Source: the human T2T-CHM13v2.0 reference genome, Homo sapiens. From it: 64,000 bases of DNA. This document shows positions 14,717 through 30,562 of this stretch, piece by piece. A model generated the notes under the pieces. The model was given only the letters and a program-made list of their open reading frames with translations. It was not told the DNA's origin and ran no database searches. The number at the start of each line of letters is the position of its first letter. Positions within the stretch are counted from its first letter, which is position 1. The stretch lies in assembly GCF_009914755.1 (NCBI RefSeq), contig NC_060939.1. The stretch is one strand, 5' to 3'. The translations under genes and the position numbers were made by a program.

Positions 14717-15598
14717 TTAAGTTCAACACAATTCACATTTAATGTCTTAATAAAATAGGAACGTACTCATTTATCATGATTTTACACACATGTGCAGGTG
14801 CCGGAATTGTGTTTAATGACAAAATATTTCTACTGAAGTCAAGAAAGAGATCAAGATGCTCACAATTACCACAACAATTCTAAATTGTATTTGAATTACT
14901 CATTAATATAATTAGACAAGAGAAAAAAATGCAAAAAAATTGAGAAGGAAGTAAATGTTTTATTATTTGCAGATCATACAATAGTATGCCTCAAATACAC
15001 ACTCACACAGGAGAATCAACTGAAAAACTGTTGTAAACAATTAAGAGACTTAGTAAGATCCCTGGTGACAAAATTAAACAAAAATTAGTAGCTTCTCATG
15101 TGCAAGCAGCAACTCACTAGAAAATATAATGGAAGAAAAGAGTAAAAAAAAAAGAATATCTGGGACTATAATTTTTAAGAAATACACATGTCCTATATAA
15201 ATATACTTTATAAATGATACCAAAAGACAAGAGAAGACTAAAATATGGGGGAACTACTTTATTATTGGGTAGAAAACATCAGTGTTGTAAATGCTGAAAA
15301 TAATTCTGCCTAAACTAATGTGATCTCAATAAAAATATCAATAGGATCTCCTCCTTTTTTAACTACACAAGCTAAAGAAAAATTCACGCAGAAAAAAATA
15401 AACATTTGATCATTTCCAGAAAAACTGTGAAAACTCAAAAGAGCAATAATTTAAAGAGAGCAATAATTTAAAAATATTGTAGAGCTGTAGTTTGGTTTTC
15501 ATGTGTGAACAGTCAAAAAGATCAATGGAATCATGCAGTGAGTAAAGAAACAGGCCAAATGCATATAACAATTTGATGTATGATCCAACTGTATTTCA

Positions 15599-15919
<321 letters not shown>

Positions 15920-16883
15920 TCAAATCAGTGGGTAAAAGGGTAGATAATTCAAAAGTGGAGTTGGGGTACCAGGGTAGCAATCTGTAAAAAGTAATATAAA
16001 AATTTTTATCTCATTTCATTCAATCAAAAACTTCTAGTAGATGGATGAATATTTAAACACATACGAAAGATAAAACTGCCAAATTATTAGAGTAAAACTT
16101 GAGAACATTAAAAAAAAAAGACCCTTGAGTGTTTTTGGAAGGGCTTTCTACATAAAACATAATATTCCAACATGATAAAAGTTATGAATCTGACCACATA
16201 ATTCTGTTTAGGAAAAATTACCATAAACAGAGTTAAAAAATAAATGACAATCTGCGGGAAAGCATTTGTCACAGATAATATAGAGAAAGTGCTAATTTCC
16301 ACAATTTGTAATGATCGGTTGAGATTCAATAAGAAAAGACAAGTAACAGATAAATAAGTGAGGCTATTTTCATGTACAAATGGAATACAAATGGCTACTT
16401 GACCTCAATCATAATTAAATAAATGTTATTTAATTTAAAAGTAGAAAGCTTTTACTTTTCAAACTGGCCAGGACAAAAAAAAAATTAACTTTACCAACTA
16501 TTGTGATGAAGCAGGACTCTCATTCAACAACTGTGAAAGAGATCATTGGTGTAACTCCTTGTATGGCAAACTTAGCCCTATCTAGCCCTTGACCCAGTTG
16601 ACTGGGGCTTTTGACCTGGGCTTTTATCCTTGAGGATACTCAGAGAGTTATGCAAAGACATATATAGAAGCAGGGTCATGGTTGTTACAAATAACAGCCA
16701 AATGATTCAAACATTCTGAATGCCCATCGGTTAGACTGGTTAAGTAAGTTATGATACATCCACCCAAAGGAGTACAACAGAGTGGTGAAAATGAACGAGG
16801 AACTATGACATAATTTTTACTTCAAAAAGAAGAGAAGAGAAACAAAATGAGATATTATTTAGATATTATTACATGCGGAGTAA

Positions 16884-17256
<373 letters not shown>

Positions 17257-17364
17257 ATACTACATACTCCTTATACTTTCTATTGTATCTATGAAGTATG
17301 ATATAATAGTATTGGTTTTTAAGAATGAGGTGCCTCTAGGGTGATAACACTGGTAGTTGTCTTG

Positions 17365-17580
17365 AACAGGTTCTGGGGTTAAAATCCTGGGTTGGCCTCT
17401 CTAGACTGGAGACCTTGGGCAGGTCATGTATCCCTCCATGCCTTTATTTGTGCATCTGTAAAACGAGCTTCATAATTGTACCCACCTCATAAACTGTTGA
17501 GAGGATTACAAATATAGGTACAAATACCAAGCCTGGTGTTCTGGACATAGTGAGAACACAAAAGACATAGCCATTATCAC
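17365..17580 (+). mobile_element. MIR
   Basis: GACCTTGGGCAGGTCA...CATCTGTAAAA...CCACCTCATA...TGTTGAGAGGATTA. Confidence 0.75.
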
Positions 17581-20495
17581 AGTTAAAGAATGACCTACAA
17601 GATACTACGTGAACAGAGCAGGAGACAGAGGGTATGGTGGTGCCACTCCCTTCTGTGTAGAAGCTGGAGTAGGACCATGCTTGATGAACTCCTAGATTAT
17701 TTACGCCCACATAAATTGGGCAACAATGACTGCTCCTGAGAGGAGAACTCAACAAGGAATTTAGGATGGGAGACAGACTTGTTTTCCATTGTACAATTTG
17801 ACTTTGTTCCCATGTATATGATTACCTTTTTAATTAAAAAAATTAATCTAATATGAAGCCAGTCATAAGCTGCAAGGCTTCCTGCTCTGGCTAGGAGGAA
17901 TTCCACATGCCCACAGCCTTTCTCTCTGCCCACTGATGCTGAAGCTATCCATAATCATGGAGCTTGATGTCATGCCAGTTCTCAGTGGTGTTGACAGACT
18001 CCAGCTCAAAAGTTCCTTTATGAGACCTTGTCCCTCAGTAAAGCTTGCAAATTGCTCTGATCTTAGCAGACAAAGCCATCGCTCATTCTCTGCATCTCTG
18101 AATATCCTACACAATAACGTAAGAATTGGCCAAAATTACCCCAGATAAAGCGTCCTTTAGAACATCAAAGTCCCTGGTTTCCAGGCTGTAGGCTGCAGGT
18201 ATGTGACAGGCCTGACAGCCCAGATGGACAGCAGAGATAAAGCGAAAAGTGAAATTCTGCAGCCACAGCGCCAGGGTTGGATTTGGTGCTAGAGTTTCTG
18301 CTGAGGGGATTGTTATCCTCGGAGGTGTGAGCACATTTTGCTTTTACCTTCAAAACCAGGTAATCAGCAGCAGATAACAATCAGAGAAGGCCGCCTTAAA
18401 CCCTCAGCGAGCTGGAAAGTCTCTCTCTTCCTGCCTGGTTTGTTTAATTTTGGCCTGAGTCAGTTCACATGCACAACATATTTTCTATGTTTTCACTAAA
18501 TTCCTTGTTTCTAGCTTTGTTTATGGTGTGAGCCTATTTCCCTTTCTTTCATCATCATTGTACTTTCCAGGCAACCAGAGTCTTGTCCACGTTTTTGAAG
18601 ACCGGCTATAGCAAACTTGCCACGTGACTCAACTGACATAAATAACGTCCAGAAATACAGCCAAACCAGAATCCTGCACACATTCCCCAGAATACATACA
18701 TGTACAACCTAAAGTCGGCAGCACGGGTTTGAGGGCTCAACCACCCTCTGGCAGAGAAGTTGCTTAGTCCTCTTGCTGGACAGCTAAATTCTAGCTGTCT
18801 CTCTGGAAGGGAAACATTTTACCAGGTAATAGAAGAAATTGGAAACTTTTCATATTTTACAGCGGGACCATCAGCTTTACCCTGTCCTATTTTAGCAACA
18901 AGAGTTATGTTCACAAAAATAAGCACAAGTCACTTAACTGGGACATGCTCTTTTTTTTTTTTAACGTAGATAATGGGAAACTAGCAAGAAAGAAGTTAGT
19001 GATACAGACCTAGTACCAGAAGACGCTGGTACTACGGAGACCCTCTGAAATAGAGTTTGCAGTGAGGATTCGTTTGGTGGTTTTTGTTGTTGTTGTTGTT
19101 GGTTTTGTTTTTGGTTGAGTCCAAAGTATTCTCTAATTCTTGATGTGAGGATAATTTGTAAATGTCAGTGACCCACAACAGCCCTGGGACAGTATTTTGA
19201 AGGAAAGCAGAAAATAATTCAAATAGTTTCCGTACTATGATCTCTGGCTGATTGACTGATGACATGTAATAAGTTACAGAATGTACTGTTTAGATAAATG
19301 CTTCTTGAACCTGGATGCAACTAACAAGCATGCAGGTCACTGTGTGGGGAAGTGCCAGGACGTAGGATGGACCCAGTTAGTGGGTGCCTCTGTCAGAGCG
19401 CAGCTGTGTTGGAAAAGCATGGAATAGACTTGAGTCCCGAACAGCTGGATCCAAATCCGCACATTCCTCCGGGTGCTGCCTTTCAAAGCAGCCCCTTTGG
19501 GTGGCTGGACTCCCGCTCCCACGATGCAGCTTTGGAACATGCTTGGAATTGCAGAATGTGGACTCACCTTGCCAATAAACCTCACCAAAAAAGGTTAATA
19601 AGTCTCATAAAAAAAAGTGATCTCATTACCTTGCTTACGTTCAAAAGATTTTTTTTAAAGAAAACAAAAATGGTGTTACCTACTATGATTATTTCTACAC
19701 CAGATCTGAGTGACTTAGAACTGTTTTCAAAATGAAGCCCGCCCTCAAAGAACAAGGATTTGTCACTTACAAGGAAAATCAAAATCATGCTCCCCAAGCC
19801 CTGAGCTGTCCGGGTATGTTTTAGACAGGGCTGGATTGCTGGAGTGAAATGTGGGCCCACTCCTAACGCGACAACGTCGGGTGCTCCGGTGAGAGCGATG
19901 TTTTCTAAGCATGACCACATGACCTCAGATGACACCTGGAGGGTATGTGGTCCACAGTGTGAACAGCTTGTTTGCCTGGTGTGAGGTCTCTGCCACCTGA
20001 TCAAGTGAAGGGCTAAGAGGCCTTCGAATCTGGGAAAGATACATGGGGACACCACCTTGCCTAGGCGGAGCCACCCTTAGCTGTTATCCCAGGGTCATTT
20101 AGACCCATTGTCCCAAGGTCAGATAAAGTCGGTCACTTTAGAGGGTTGCATCTGCTGACCAAGACTTACCCCTGAAGGGCCCAGGTCACAGATGTCTGAT
20201 TCTGGCCTCTCAGGGAGGTTCTTTCATGTCACTGGAGAGAGAGGTGTGCAAGTGGCCCTAGGGAGGGGCCAGAAAGTATCTGAGCGTGGGCTGCTTCTTG
20301 ACCCCTCCAGGAGCAGAGGCCCGGACACTCAGGCATCCTGCCACTGTGCCTTTCAGAAAGACAGCAGGGGGTGCATCAGAAATCATCTGACCACTCTGCT
20401 TTTTGGCTCATGGTTAGGTCCCATTTGAGACTCGAATCAGAGTAGCTGTGTATTTACCTAAGAGAACTCTTTTTTTAAAATAAAAATAAAAATAA

Positions 20496-20910
<415 letters not shown>

Positions 20911-21353
20911 TGATAGCTTCCACACACCAAAGCCCCCTCAAGGACAACTGCCACCAGAGTTGCTGCAAGAACACGTTTTTCACTGGGTTAGCTTCACTGT
21001 CAACTCCTCAAGCAGCAGACTGAAATATTATTTCTTTTTAGAAGACCTAAGTTTAGGGAGAACATATCAATATGGAGAACAGAGCTTTGCTTCTGGAATT
21101 CGAGAAAAACCATGAACGAATCTATCAGTTTTTCTCTGATACAGTGTGCCCGAGTGCTCTGTGAAGAATCCTTTTCCATTTCTCTCATGTGTCTGGGTGA
21201 AGGGAGAGGAGGGGTGGCAAGGTGCTGGTATATTACCAGGCGCTCCTGGTGATGCCCTGGGCTCTGCTCCCTTTCTGCTGGTGGCAGAAGGCTTATTTTC
21301 TGGCAGCTGCAGCAGCTTGATGTGGAAGAGGAAGGGGACACCCACCAATCATC

Positions 21354-21650
21354 TTTTTTTTTTTTTTTTTTTTGAGACAGAGTCTCGCTTTGCCACTTGG
21401 GCTGGAGTGCAGTGGCACAATCTCAGCTCATTGAAGCCTCTGCCTCCCAGGTTCAAATGATTCTCATGCCTCAGCCTCCTGAGTAGCTGAGATTATAGGC
21501 ATGTGCCACCACACCCGGCTAATTTTTGTATTTTTAGTAGAGATGGGGTTTCGACATGTTGGCCAGGCTGGTCTGGAACTCCTGATCTCAGGTGATTCGC
21601 CTGCCTTGGCCTCCCAAAGTGCTAGGATTACAGGCATGAGCCACTCAGCC
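21354..21650 (-). mobile_element. AluSx
   Basis: Poly-T plus antisense Alu dimer. Confidence 0.92.
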
Positions 21651-22664
21651 CCACCCAATTACCTCTTCTTGAAGCTGTATTTTTTGCATTCATGGAAGAC
21701 GTCTGTCTTAGAGCTCCCCAAATTGACAATCTTTGGGGAGCCATTTCTATTTTTGACACAGTCTTCTGATGGCAACCACCAGCCTGCTTGCAGCAAAAGA
21801 TCAAATCAGGATGATGTTTTGCTGTCGCTCCCGATGAAACTGGCCACTGGGCTACCTATTAAGATAACTCTGAACCCAATGCATAAACCTATCTTTTTCC
21901 ATTTAGAAATCATTCCCTTTCCTTTCATGAATTCGCCTCATTTAGAAATAGTTTCTTCATTCTCGTTGTCTCCAAATCATTCCAGTTCCAGGAACTGACA
22001 TTTCAGTTGCTTAGCCATGCCTTCTGATATGTTTCAGACATGCAGGCATTCGGGGTTTTAAACTTATTTTAAAACTGAAGAGAGAGCTGGTCCCTGGGGG
22101 CGAGCAGGACAGGGACAGGTCAAGTCACTGCTGGTCTTGCTTCATGAGGGGACACCGATAGGAAGCTTCATAGCAACCCATGTTTCATACCGTCTGGTGC
22201 ACATATCAATATGTTTTCCAAAAGATAATAAAGGGGGAAAAATAAACATCTTCAATCCCTCTCAGAGAAAGGCTATTCTTCTTAAGAGTCCACACTCACC
22301 AGGCCCAGGATCTCCAATCCCACCTCTGCCCTACACAGGTGAATGCTATCTTCTCATTGCACAGATGAGGAAACTGAGGCTCGTGTCAAATAGCCACACA
22401 GCTGAGGAAGGTCCGTGCTGGGTTGGCGCTCAGCTCCAGCTGACCCAAAGCTGCCCTATGTGCCACTTTGACGTGTTCACTTCCAGTGAATCATGTATTG
22501 GAAAAACAGGTTGACTTGTTTATAGTCAGTGACACAGTCTGACTTACTTCGCTTGTTTTTGTTTTTATGTACCTTGTTGCTGGGTATCTTAAAAAAGAAT
22601 AACTCTTCTCATGCATGCCTTAAACAGCACAGAATCCTGAACCAACCCTGACACAAAGCTGGTA

Positions 22665-23230
22665 ATTTTTTAAATATTTTAAAGCAAAAAAGTGTAAAGA
22701 ACAACAAATAAAAACAATTGTACCCATAATTTCACTACTCCACCCTATTTTCATATACTACCTGACATATACGTACATAATTATAATTACAATGTAGATA
22801 TAATTTTGTTGTTTAACCTTTCAAAAATGTGGTTTGGTGGATAACTCCCTCATTTCTAGCATTTACATAATTACTAATTGCTGGATGTCATACTATACAG
22901 TTCACCTATTGACACACACGTGCTTTCCAGCTTTTCCGTTGTATGATCCACTGTAACGAACACTTTCACACATACTGTATCTTTCTTCAGTTATCTTGGG
23001 ATTAGTTCCCAAGGGGCCATATTAGTGAAATAGTATGGAATATTTTTATACATATCACTAAGTTATTACTCTCCCAAAGTGATAGACCCGATTTGCAGGG
23101 CCACCAGTGCCAGTTTTACTGCAACCTTGCCAGCCCAAGTGGGCAAATCTTCCAAACAACACTAATTTGCCTGATGATTAACTATTCAAAATGTTATGTA
23201 TTTCCTTACAGTTACTGTGGCAAACAATAA
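22665..23230 (-). mobile_element. Ancient L1ME-like 3' fragment
   Basis: Degenerate antisense L1 3' motifs (TTTCCAGCTTTTCC, CCCAAAGTGAT, CCTTGCCAGC, CTAATTTG). Confidence 0.5.
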
Positions 23231-23313
23231 AACATCAGAAGAAATAGAAAACTGAATTCAGATGGGATTCTAGTTATAGAATTTTAGTGCTCGTAAAGAC
23301 CTAAGGAGGGGGA

Positions 23314-23616
23314 GGCTGGCCGTGGTGGCTCACACCTGTAATCCCAGTACTTTGGGAGGCCGAGGCAGGCAGATCACCTGAGGTCGGGAGTTCGAGACCA
23401 GCCTGACCAACATGGAGAAACCCTGTCTCTACTAAAAATACAAAATTAGCCAGGCATGGTGACCCATGCCTGTAATTCCAGCTACTCAGGAGGCAGAGGC
23501 AGGAGAATGGCTTGAACCCAGGAGGTGGAGGTTACGGTGAGCCGAGATCGAGCCACTGCACTCCAGCCTGGGCAACAAGAACGAAGCTCCATATCAAAAA
23601 AAAAAAAAGAAAAAAA
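23314..23616 (+). mobile_element. AluSp
   Basis: Sp diagnostics GAGGTCGGGAG, CTGACCAACATGGAGAAACC, GGCAACAAGA; 19-bp TSD AAAGACCTAAGGAGGGGGA at 23295-23313 and 23617-23635. Confidence 0.92.
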
Positions 23617-23738
23617 AAAGACCTAAGGAGGGGGAAAAATGAAGGAATCTCTTCAAACTCAGCCTTTACGCAAACACATGAAAAATCACAGACTCATTTG
23701 TCTGCAGTCCCAAATCAGGTCATTAAGAAAACGTGGTG

Positions 23739-24271
<533 letters not shown>

Positions 24272-24737
24272 TCACTCTCCTCCTTCCTCCTTTCCCTGCC
24301 GCTTTCTGTTTTTCATCAGGGCCTTGGAACTCGCTAGTACAGACCGACTTTCAAGTTAAGTCTTTCAAGGAAAATGACTCTTGGTTTCCAGCCTGGATGT
24401 GTCATTACACCCTCATGCGTCTCAGGGAAATTAGCAACCTGATTCTTGCCCTGACTGTCATTTAAAATAAAAAGCTTTCTTATTTGCCATCTAAGACAAA
24501 CTCTAGTAAACCCACAGCGGACGGGTAGGAGGAATGAAACACAGTTACTCGTATTCAGCAAGTTCCTGGGGTCATATTTACCCGCATGTGTCTCCGGGTA
24601 ACTGGGGGGTGGCGCGTGTTTGCCGTTGTGATGCGGGCGTGTGTGTGTGGAGTCTGTGTGCGCTGGAGAGAGCAGTGTGTCCCCCCGAGGACCTCGGGGT
24701 CCCAGAGCTGTGCACACGCTGCCCCCCTGGACGTACA

Positions 24738-24756
24738 GAACCAGCAGGTGGCATCG
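24738..24756 (+). promoter_or_regulatory. CTCF motif (forward)
   Basis: CCAGCAGGTGGCA at 24741-24753 matches core CCASYAGRKGGCR exactly. Confidence 0.65.
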
Positions 24757-24889
24757 CTCCACACAGGCCACCGAACGGCCCTGCCCCGCCCCCTGCCACG
24801 CCCTGTGCGTGCATCCGGGTCCCCGCGCAGTGGCTGCACGCAGCCCACCTCTCCCGACGATCCGGGTCCTCCCGCCCTTCGCGGTGATT

Positions 24890-24965
24890 CTGTCGCGAAC
24901 CCTCTCACGGCAGCTATGAGACTGCTGCGCTCCCCAGACGAGGAAACCTGGTCTCCCGGAGCCAG
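24890..24965 (+). ncRNA. Putative first exon of an upstream sense lncRNA (GCAWKR-like by recollection, unverified)
   Basis: Splice donor CAG|GTAACC at 24965/24966 downstream of GC boxes in a CpG island; no credible ORF; start coordinate is a guess. Confidence 0.45.
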
Positions 24966-25173
24966 GTAACCCACCCGCAGCCTGCGGGAGAGCCGAGGTC
25001 TGCAGCCGGGCCGTCGGGCTGCCTCTTCCCGGGGACCCGGGAGCGGGGGGCGGGGGGCATGGTGGCCTCTCGGGCTGCTCCGAACGTCCCCTCCAAACAG
25101 CGAGGGGACGCACAGCCCCACTCAGGAGGGAGCCAATGACATTGAACCTGAACCCAAGCCAGCCTTAGACTGA

Positions 25174-25543
<370 letters not shown>

Positions 25544-25554
25544 GCACCTCTTTT

Positions 25555-25975
25555 CAAAAGCCAGTGTTATCTGGGAAAGTGCAAGGGGTGGGGAGTGGGA
25601 GGTGCTGTTTTCAATGAAAAGAAATGAAAGAGACATTGTGCGTCTTCTTAGGTGATATTACAGTACCACAGACACTACAGTTAGGTGACTGAGTCCAGTA
25701 TTGTCTGTTTTCTCAGGTGTGATGACTGTGTCGTGTCATGCAGAAAAATGTCCTTATTTCTAGGAATCGCATGCTGAGATCTCGGGGAGTAAAGGGCCAG
25801 GATGTCTGGAACTTAATTTAAAATGATTTGACAAGGACAGGCATACACATAGGGACAAAGCAAATATGGTAGATGTTATCAATTGCTGAATCTATGTGCT
25901 GAGTACACACGTATTTGTTGTATTGTCTTTTCACCTTTCCTATATGTTTAAAATCTTTCATAATGTCATTCGGGG
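25555..25975 (+). mobile_element. L1ME-type 3' end
   Basis: AAAGCAAATATGGTAGATGTTA...GAATCTA...TTTCCTATATGTTTAAAATCTTTCATAAT. Confidence 0.65.
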
Positions 25976-26139
25976 GGAAAAAAAGCTGATCTGGCTATAC
26001 TTATTTGGGAATGTGCCGGCTAAAAGGGAACTAACAAATAAAAACTTAACTTAGAACATAAAATTTTAGAGACTGAAGGAACCGGAGACCTTCTAGAGCT
26101 CAACTCTCATTTTAAAGATGAGGAAAGTGGGCATATTGA

Positions 26140-26478
26140 TTTTATCTTATTTTCTTTTTCTCTTTACTTTTTAAATGTTTTTGGTTTAACTTTAAGTTCA
26201 GCGGTCCATGTGCAGGTTTGTTACACAGGTAAACTTGTGTCATGGGAGTTTGTTATACACATTAGTTCGTCACCCAGATATTAAGCCTAGTACCCAATAG
26301 TTGTTTTTCCTGATCCTCTCCCTCATCCCACCTTCACCCTCCAATAGACCCCAGTGTGTATTGTTCCCTTTTGTGCCCGTAAGTTCTCATCGGTCAGCTC
26401 CCACTTATAAGTGAGAACATGTGGTATTTGGTTTTCTGTTCCTGTGTTAGTTTGCTGAGGACAATGGCCTCCAGCTCT
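26140..26478 (-). mobile_element. Short older L1PA 3' fragment
   Basis: CATGTGCAGGTTTGTTACACAGGTAAAC...CCCACTTATAAGTGAGAACATG; possible TSD ATATTGA at 26133 and 26479. Confidence 0.88.
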
Positions 26479-26503
26479 ATATTGAATAGTTAAAAACTAT
26501 TTA

Positions 26504-26821
<318 letters not shown>

Positions 26822-26856
26822 TTAAAATAAGTGTTATAAACTAACAGTTTATTTAT

Positions 26857-27022
26857 CCCAGGCACAGAAAGACAAATACTGCATGATCTCACCCACAGGT
26901 GGAATCTTAAAACATTGAACTCACAGAAACAGAGTAGAATGGAGGTTACCAGGGGCTAGAGTGTGGGGGGTTGGGGTGATGTTGGTCAGAGGGTACAAAA
27001 GTTCAGTTAGACAGGAGAAAGT
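26857..27022 (+). mobile_element. L1MA 3' fragment
   Basis: CCAGGCACAGAAAGACAAATACTGCATGATCTCAC...GGTTACCAGGGGCT. Confidence 0.8.
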
Positions 27023-27271
27023 TTATCTTTTAGTGATTTTCATGATTTTGACAAAGTTGAAACAACTGAAACAAAGTATCTAAATATTTTAATACTTGTA
27101 ATTATTTTTTAATTGTTGAGTGATTTTAATGAGTCAAAAATATAAAACAATCATGCATAATACATATAAATAATTTGAGTGTCCAACCCATATTACAGAT
27201 GAAAGTAAAGAACAGGCAGATTCTGAGACTTGGGACAGGCAGCATTTGGCACCTGCGGAGGCCCGGTTCTA

Positions 27272-27676
<405 letters not shown>

Positions 27677-30249
27677 CTACTCTATTTATATCAACTACTC
27701 CAAGCTGTGGTAAACACCTCTGGGAAGCCAGGTCCAGTGCAAGTGGGCCAAAGCCCGTATTGACAGTTATAAACCAGGCATCTCCAGATGACAGCTTTAT
27801 GACCCAAGCAGTGTGCTCCTCACTAGACTAGTGCAGTACGTATCAGAGTCCAGCAGGGAGTGTGCCCACCTGGAGGACCAGGGTAAAGGTGGGAGGCCAG
27901 GAGCAGGGATCTGGGAGCTAACAATAACTCAAAGTACCCACGTTCATGGTTTCCACCCTCCCCCTGAGCCCCCACGTATGCCATCCCCAACCCTCTCCCC
28001 CATCTTTCAAGTCCATGACTGCCAGTCACCAATTAGACCCATCACTCAACAGCCCTGGTTCCCCAACAGATGGACTCACAAGAACAAGAAACAATGACTC
28101 GGTCATTAGAACTCTTAGTTTCCCACAATTCCTGTCATTGGGATTAAAGTTCTCCGATGTTGTCCCCATCATGTGTCTGAGAAACTGGCCATGGGCACCT
28201 CCTGAAAGGGGAAGCAAGAGTGACTCTGGGGGCTTGTTGTGCTCCTCGGAAGAGGTTCTCACTCCTTTAGCATGTCGCTGCCTGGCCCTGGACAGCAAAA
28301 ACCAACCCTTTGAGAGGACTTAAGTAAATACATCATCAGATCTGGGAGCTGATCAAAACCTTATTTCGTTGCACTCACATGTATGTGTTTCTTAATGTAC
28401 TTGATCTTGGATAAAATATATCCTAGTGCATTAGATTTTAAGCCATGGATACACATCCTAAGTTGAATATCCAGTTATATTAATTTCATTCATGTTAATT
28501 GATATAAATATTAATTTATGGTGAATTATAGATTTATTTAACTGATGTAGTAGTGATATATACATAAGAATTCCTGGAAGGAGATGAATTCATATAAGCT
28601 GTGTAGAGAAACCTATATTCTTTCAAGTCATCACAGATACTTTATAAAAGTAGGTACTTCGGGTACCAAATACTGTAGTGTCCCCAGCAAATCTGCAGCA
28701 ATTGGCTTTTGACACTGAAATGTTGGATTCCGCCCTGTTGGGTAGTGTTGCTTGTTCGGGCTTTAGAGTTAAGATTAAATCGGGTGGACTATGTGGATCC
28801 TGGAAACTGTGTGGGGTGTTAGACTTAGAGGAACGCACAGAGCTTCCATGGCTGACCTTGACCTCGGGAGGTGGCCAGGGACCTGGCAGTCTCTCATGCA
28901 AGGCTCTGCTCAGAGAGCTGAACACTGACCCCACTGAACGCTGTGTTAAGGAGCTAGGGTCCCCCCCTCCCTGCCCCCAGCTCCCTGCTATGAGCTTTCC
29001 CAGTTACTACATGAATCCAATTACAGGCACCCCTGTTGGGTTTCCTGTGAAATAACAGATCTTACTGTAACCAAATATTACCATCTCGGAAAAACCTTAT
29101 GCAACTAGCGAGGACTCTTCATTCTCAGGCAGCAGAGAAAAGCCTCTTTGTTTTGGGGCTGAACACCTGGAACATGTTATCCGGGGCGGCCTCCCCGGGC
29201 CCACAGTGGAGAGGGGGCTTCTAGGACCCAATCACACCCCTGTCTGTGGAGGACTGGCTAGCCCAAAGCTGCCTCTCGCTGGCTCTGTTTAGCCTGGTTT
29301 CAGCAGACCCTGGCTCTTGCAGTCAGCCATAGGCAAATGGCAGAGGGCGCCCCGCATCGATACAGAAGGACTACATTGGCAAGGACCACAGAACTCCCAG
29401 GCAACCTTTGATAAGATGAGAAGAGGAAGGGCTAAGGATGCAGAGAGATGGGAGGCCTAAAATCTACCCTCCCTGCCCCCAGACACTGGTGCCCTCCTGA
29501 AGCCATCACAGATAAGAATGCTGGCTGTGTGTGCAGGAGAGCAGGTGTTGTGGCATGGGCTCAATCAGGGGACATGTCTGTGGATGACTGCCCTTGGAAA
29601 CCAGTGAAACCCTGTGATCCCACCTTTCCTTCAGATCACTGACTTTCCAGAAGAAAACTTAATGCTGCTCTTTCATCCTTACGCCATGGCTAATACAGCA
29701 GTCACAGAAAGGGATGGCTGTAAGAACCCAACGCAGGCCAGGCTAGAGGCAGGAGTCAAGGCCGGCTGCCGTAGGGCTCAGGATGTCCATCCGACCGTGA
29801 CCTCAGCACTCATTGATAAAAGGAGAGTAGGACCATTCCCAGGTGTGGAGAACCAGGGGGCATCTATGACAAATGCAGACCCAAACACCGGTGTAACTTT
29901 TTGAAGATAACTCCCATTTTTACTCACGTCTCTTAGTCTTAATGAAATACAAAGTCCTTGCTGGAAGGGAACAGCTGTCACTCATCTCTGGGCCCCTCGT
30001 TGTTCGACACCTGAATGTAATGTGTAGTCTTCAACCCTCCAACCCTCTCCACCAACACTCATGGGTGTGGCAGTGCCCTGGGGCCTAGGAGAGGCAGATT
30101 CTAAGCTGGGCATGAGGTAAGGTCAAAGATAGCACTTTCCCAGGAGCTCCAGGGAGATGCTAGGGCTGTAGCACCTAGGCTCAGTTGAAAAGGGGTGGTC
30201 CAATGACAGTTATTTGTCTACACAATAGGCAATTTCCAACATCCAATAA

Positions 30250-30562
<313 letters not shown>

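Larger units (their letters stand above)
24500..25115. promoter_or_regulatory. Upstream CpG island / probable lncRNA promoter
   Basis: Dense CpG, GC-rich non-repeat sequence; GC box GCCCCGCCCC 24783-24792, KLF-type GCCACGCCC 24795-24803, AGCCAATGA 25131-25139 just beyond the edge. Confidence 0.85.

Noticed and set aside
24334-25121. 259-aa and 188-aa minus-strand ORFs
   Set aside because: GC-island artefacts with no domain-like content
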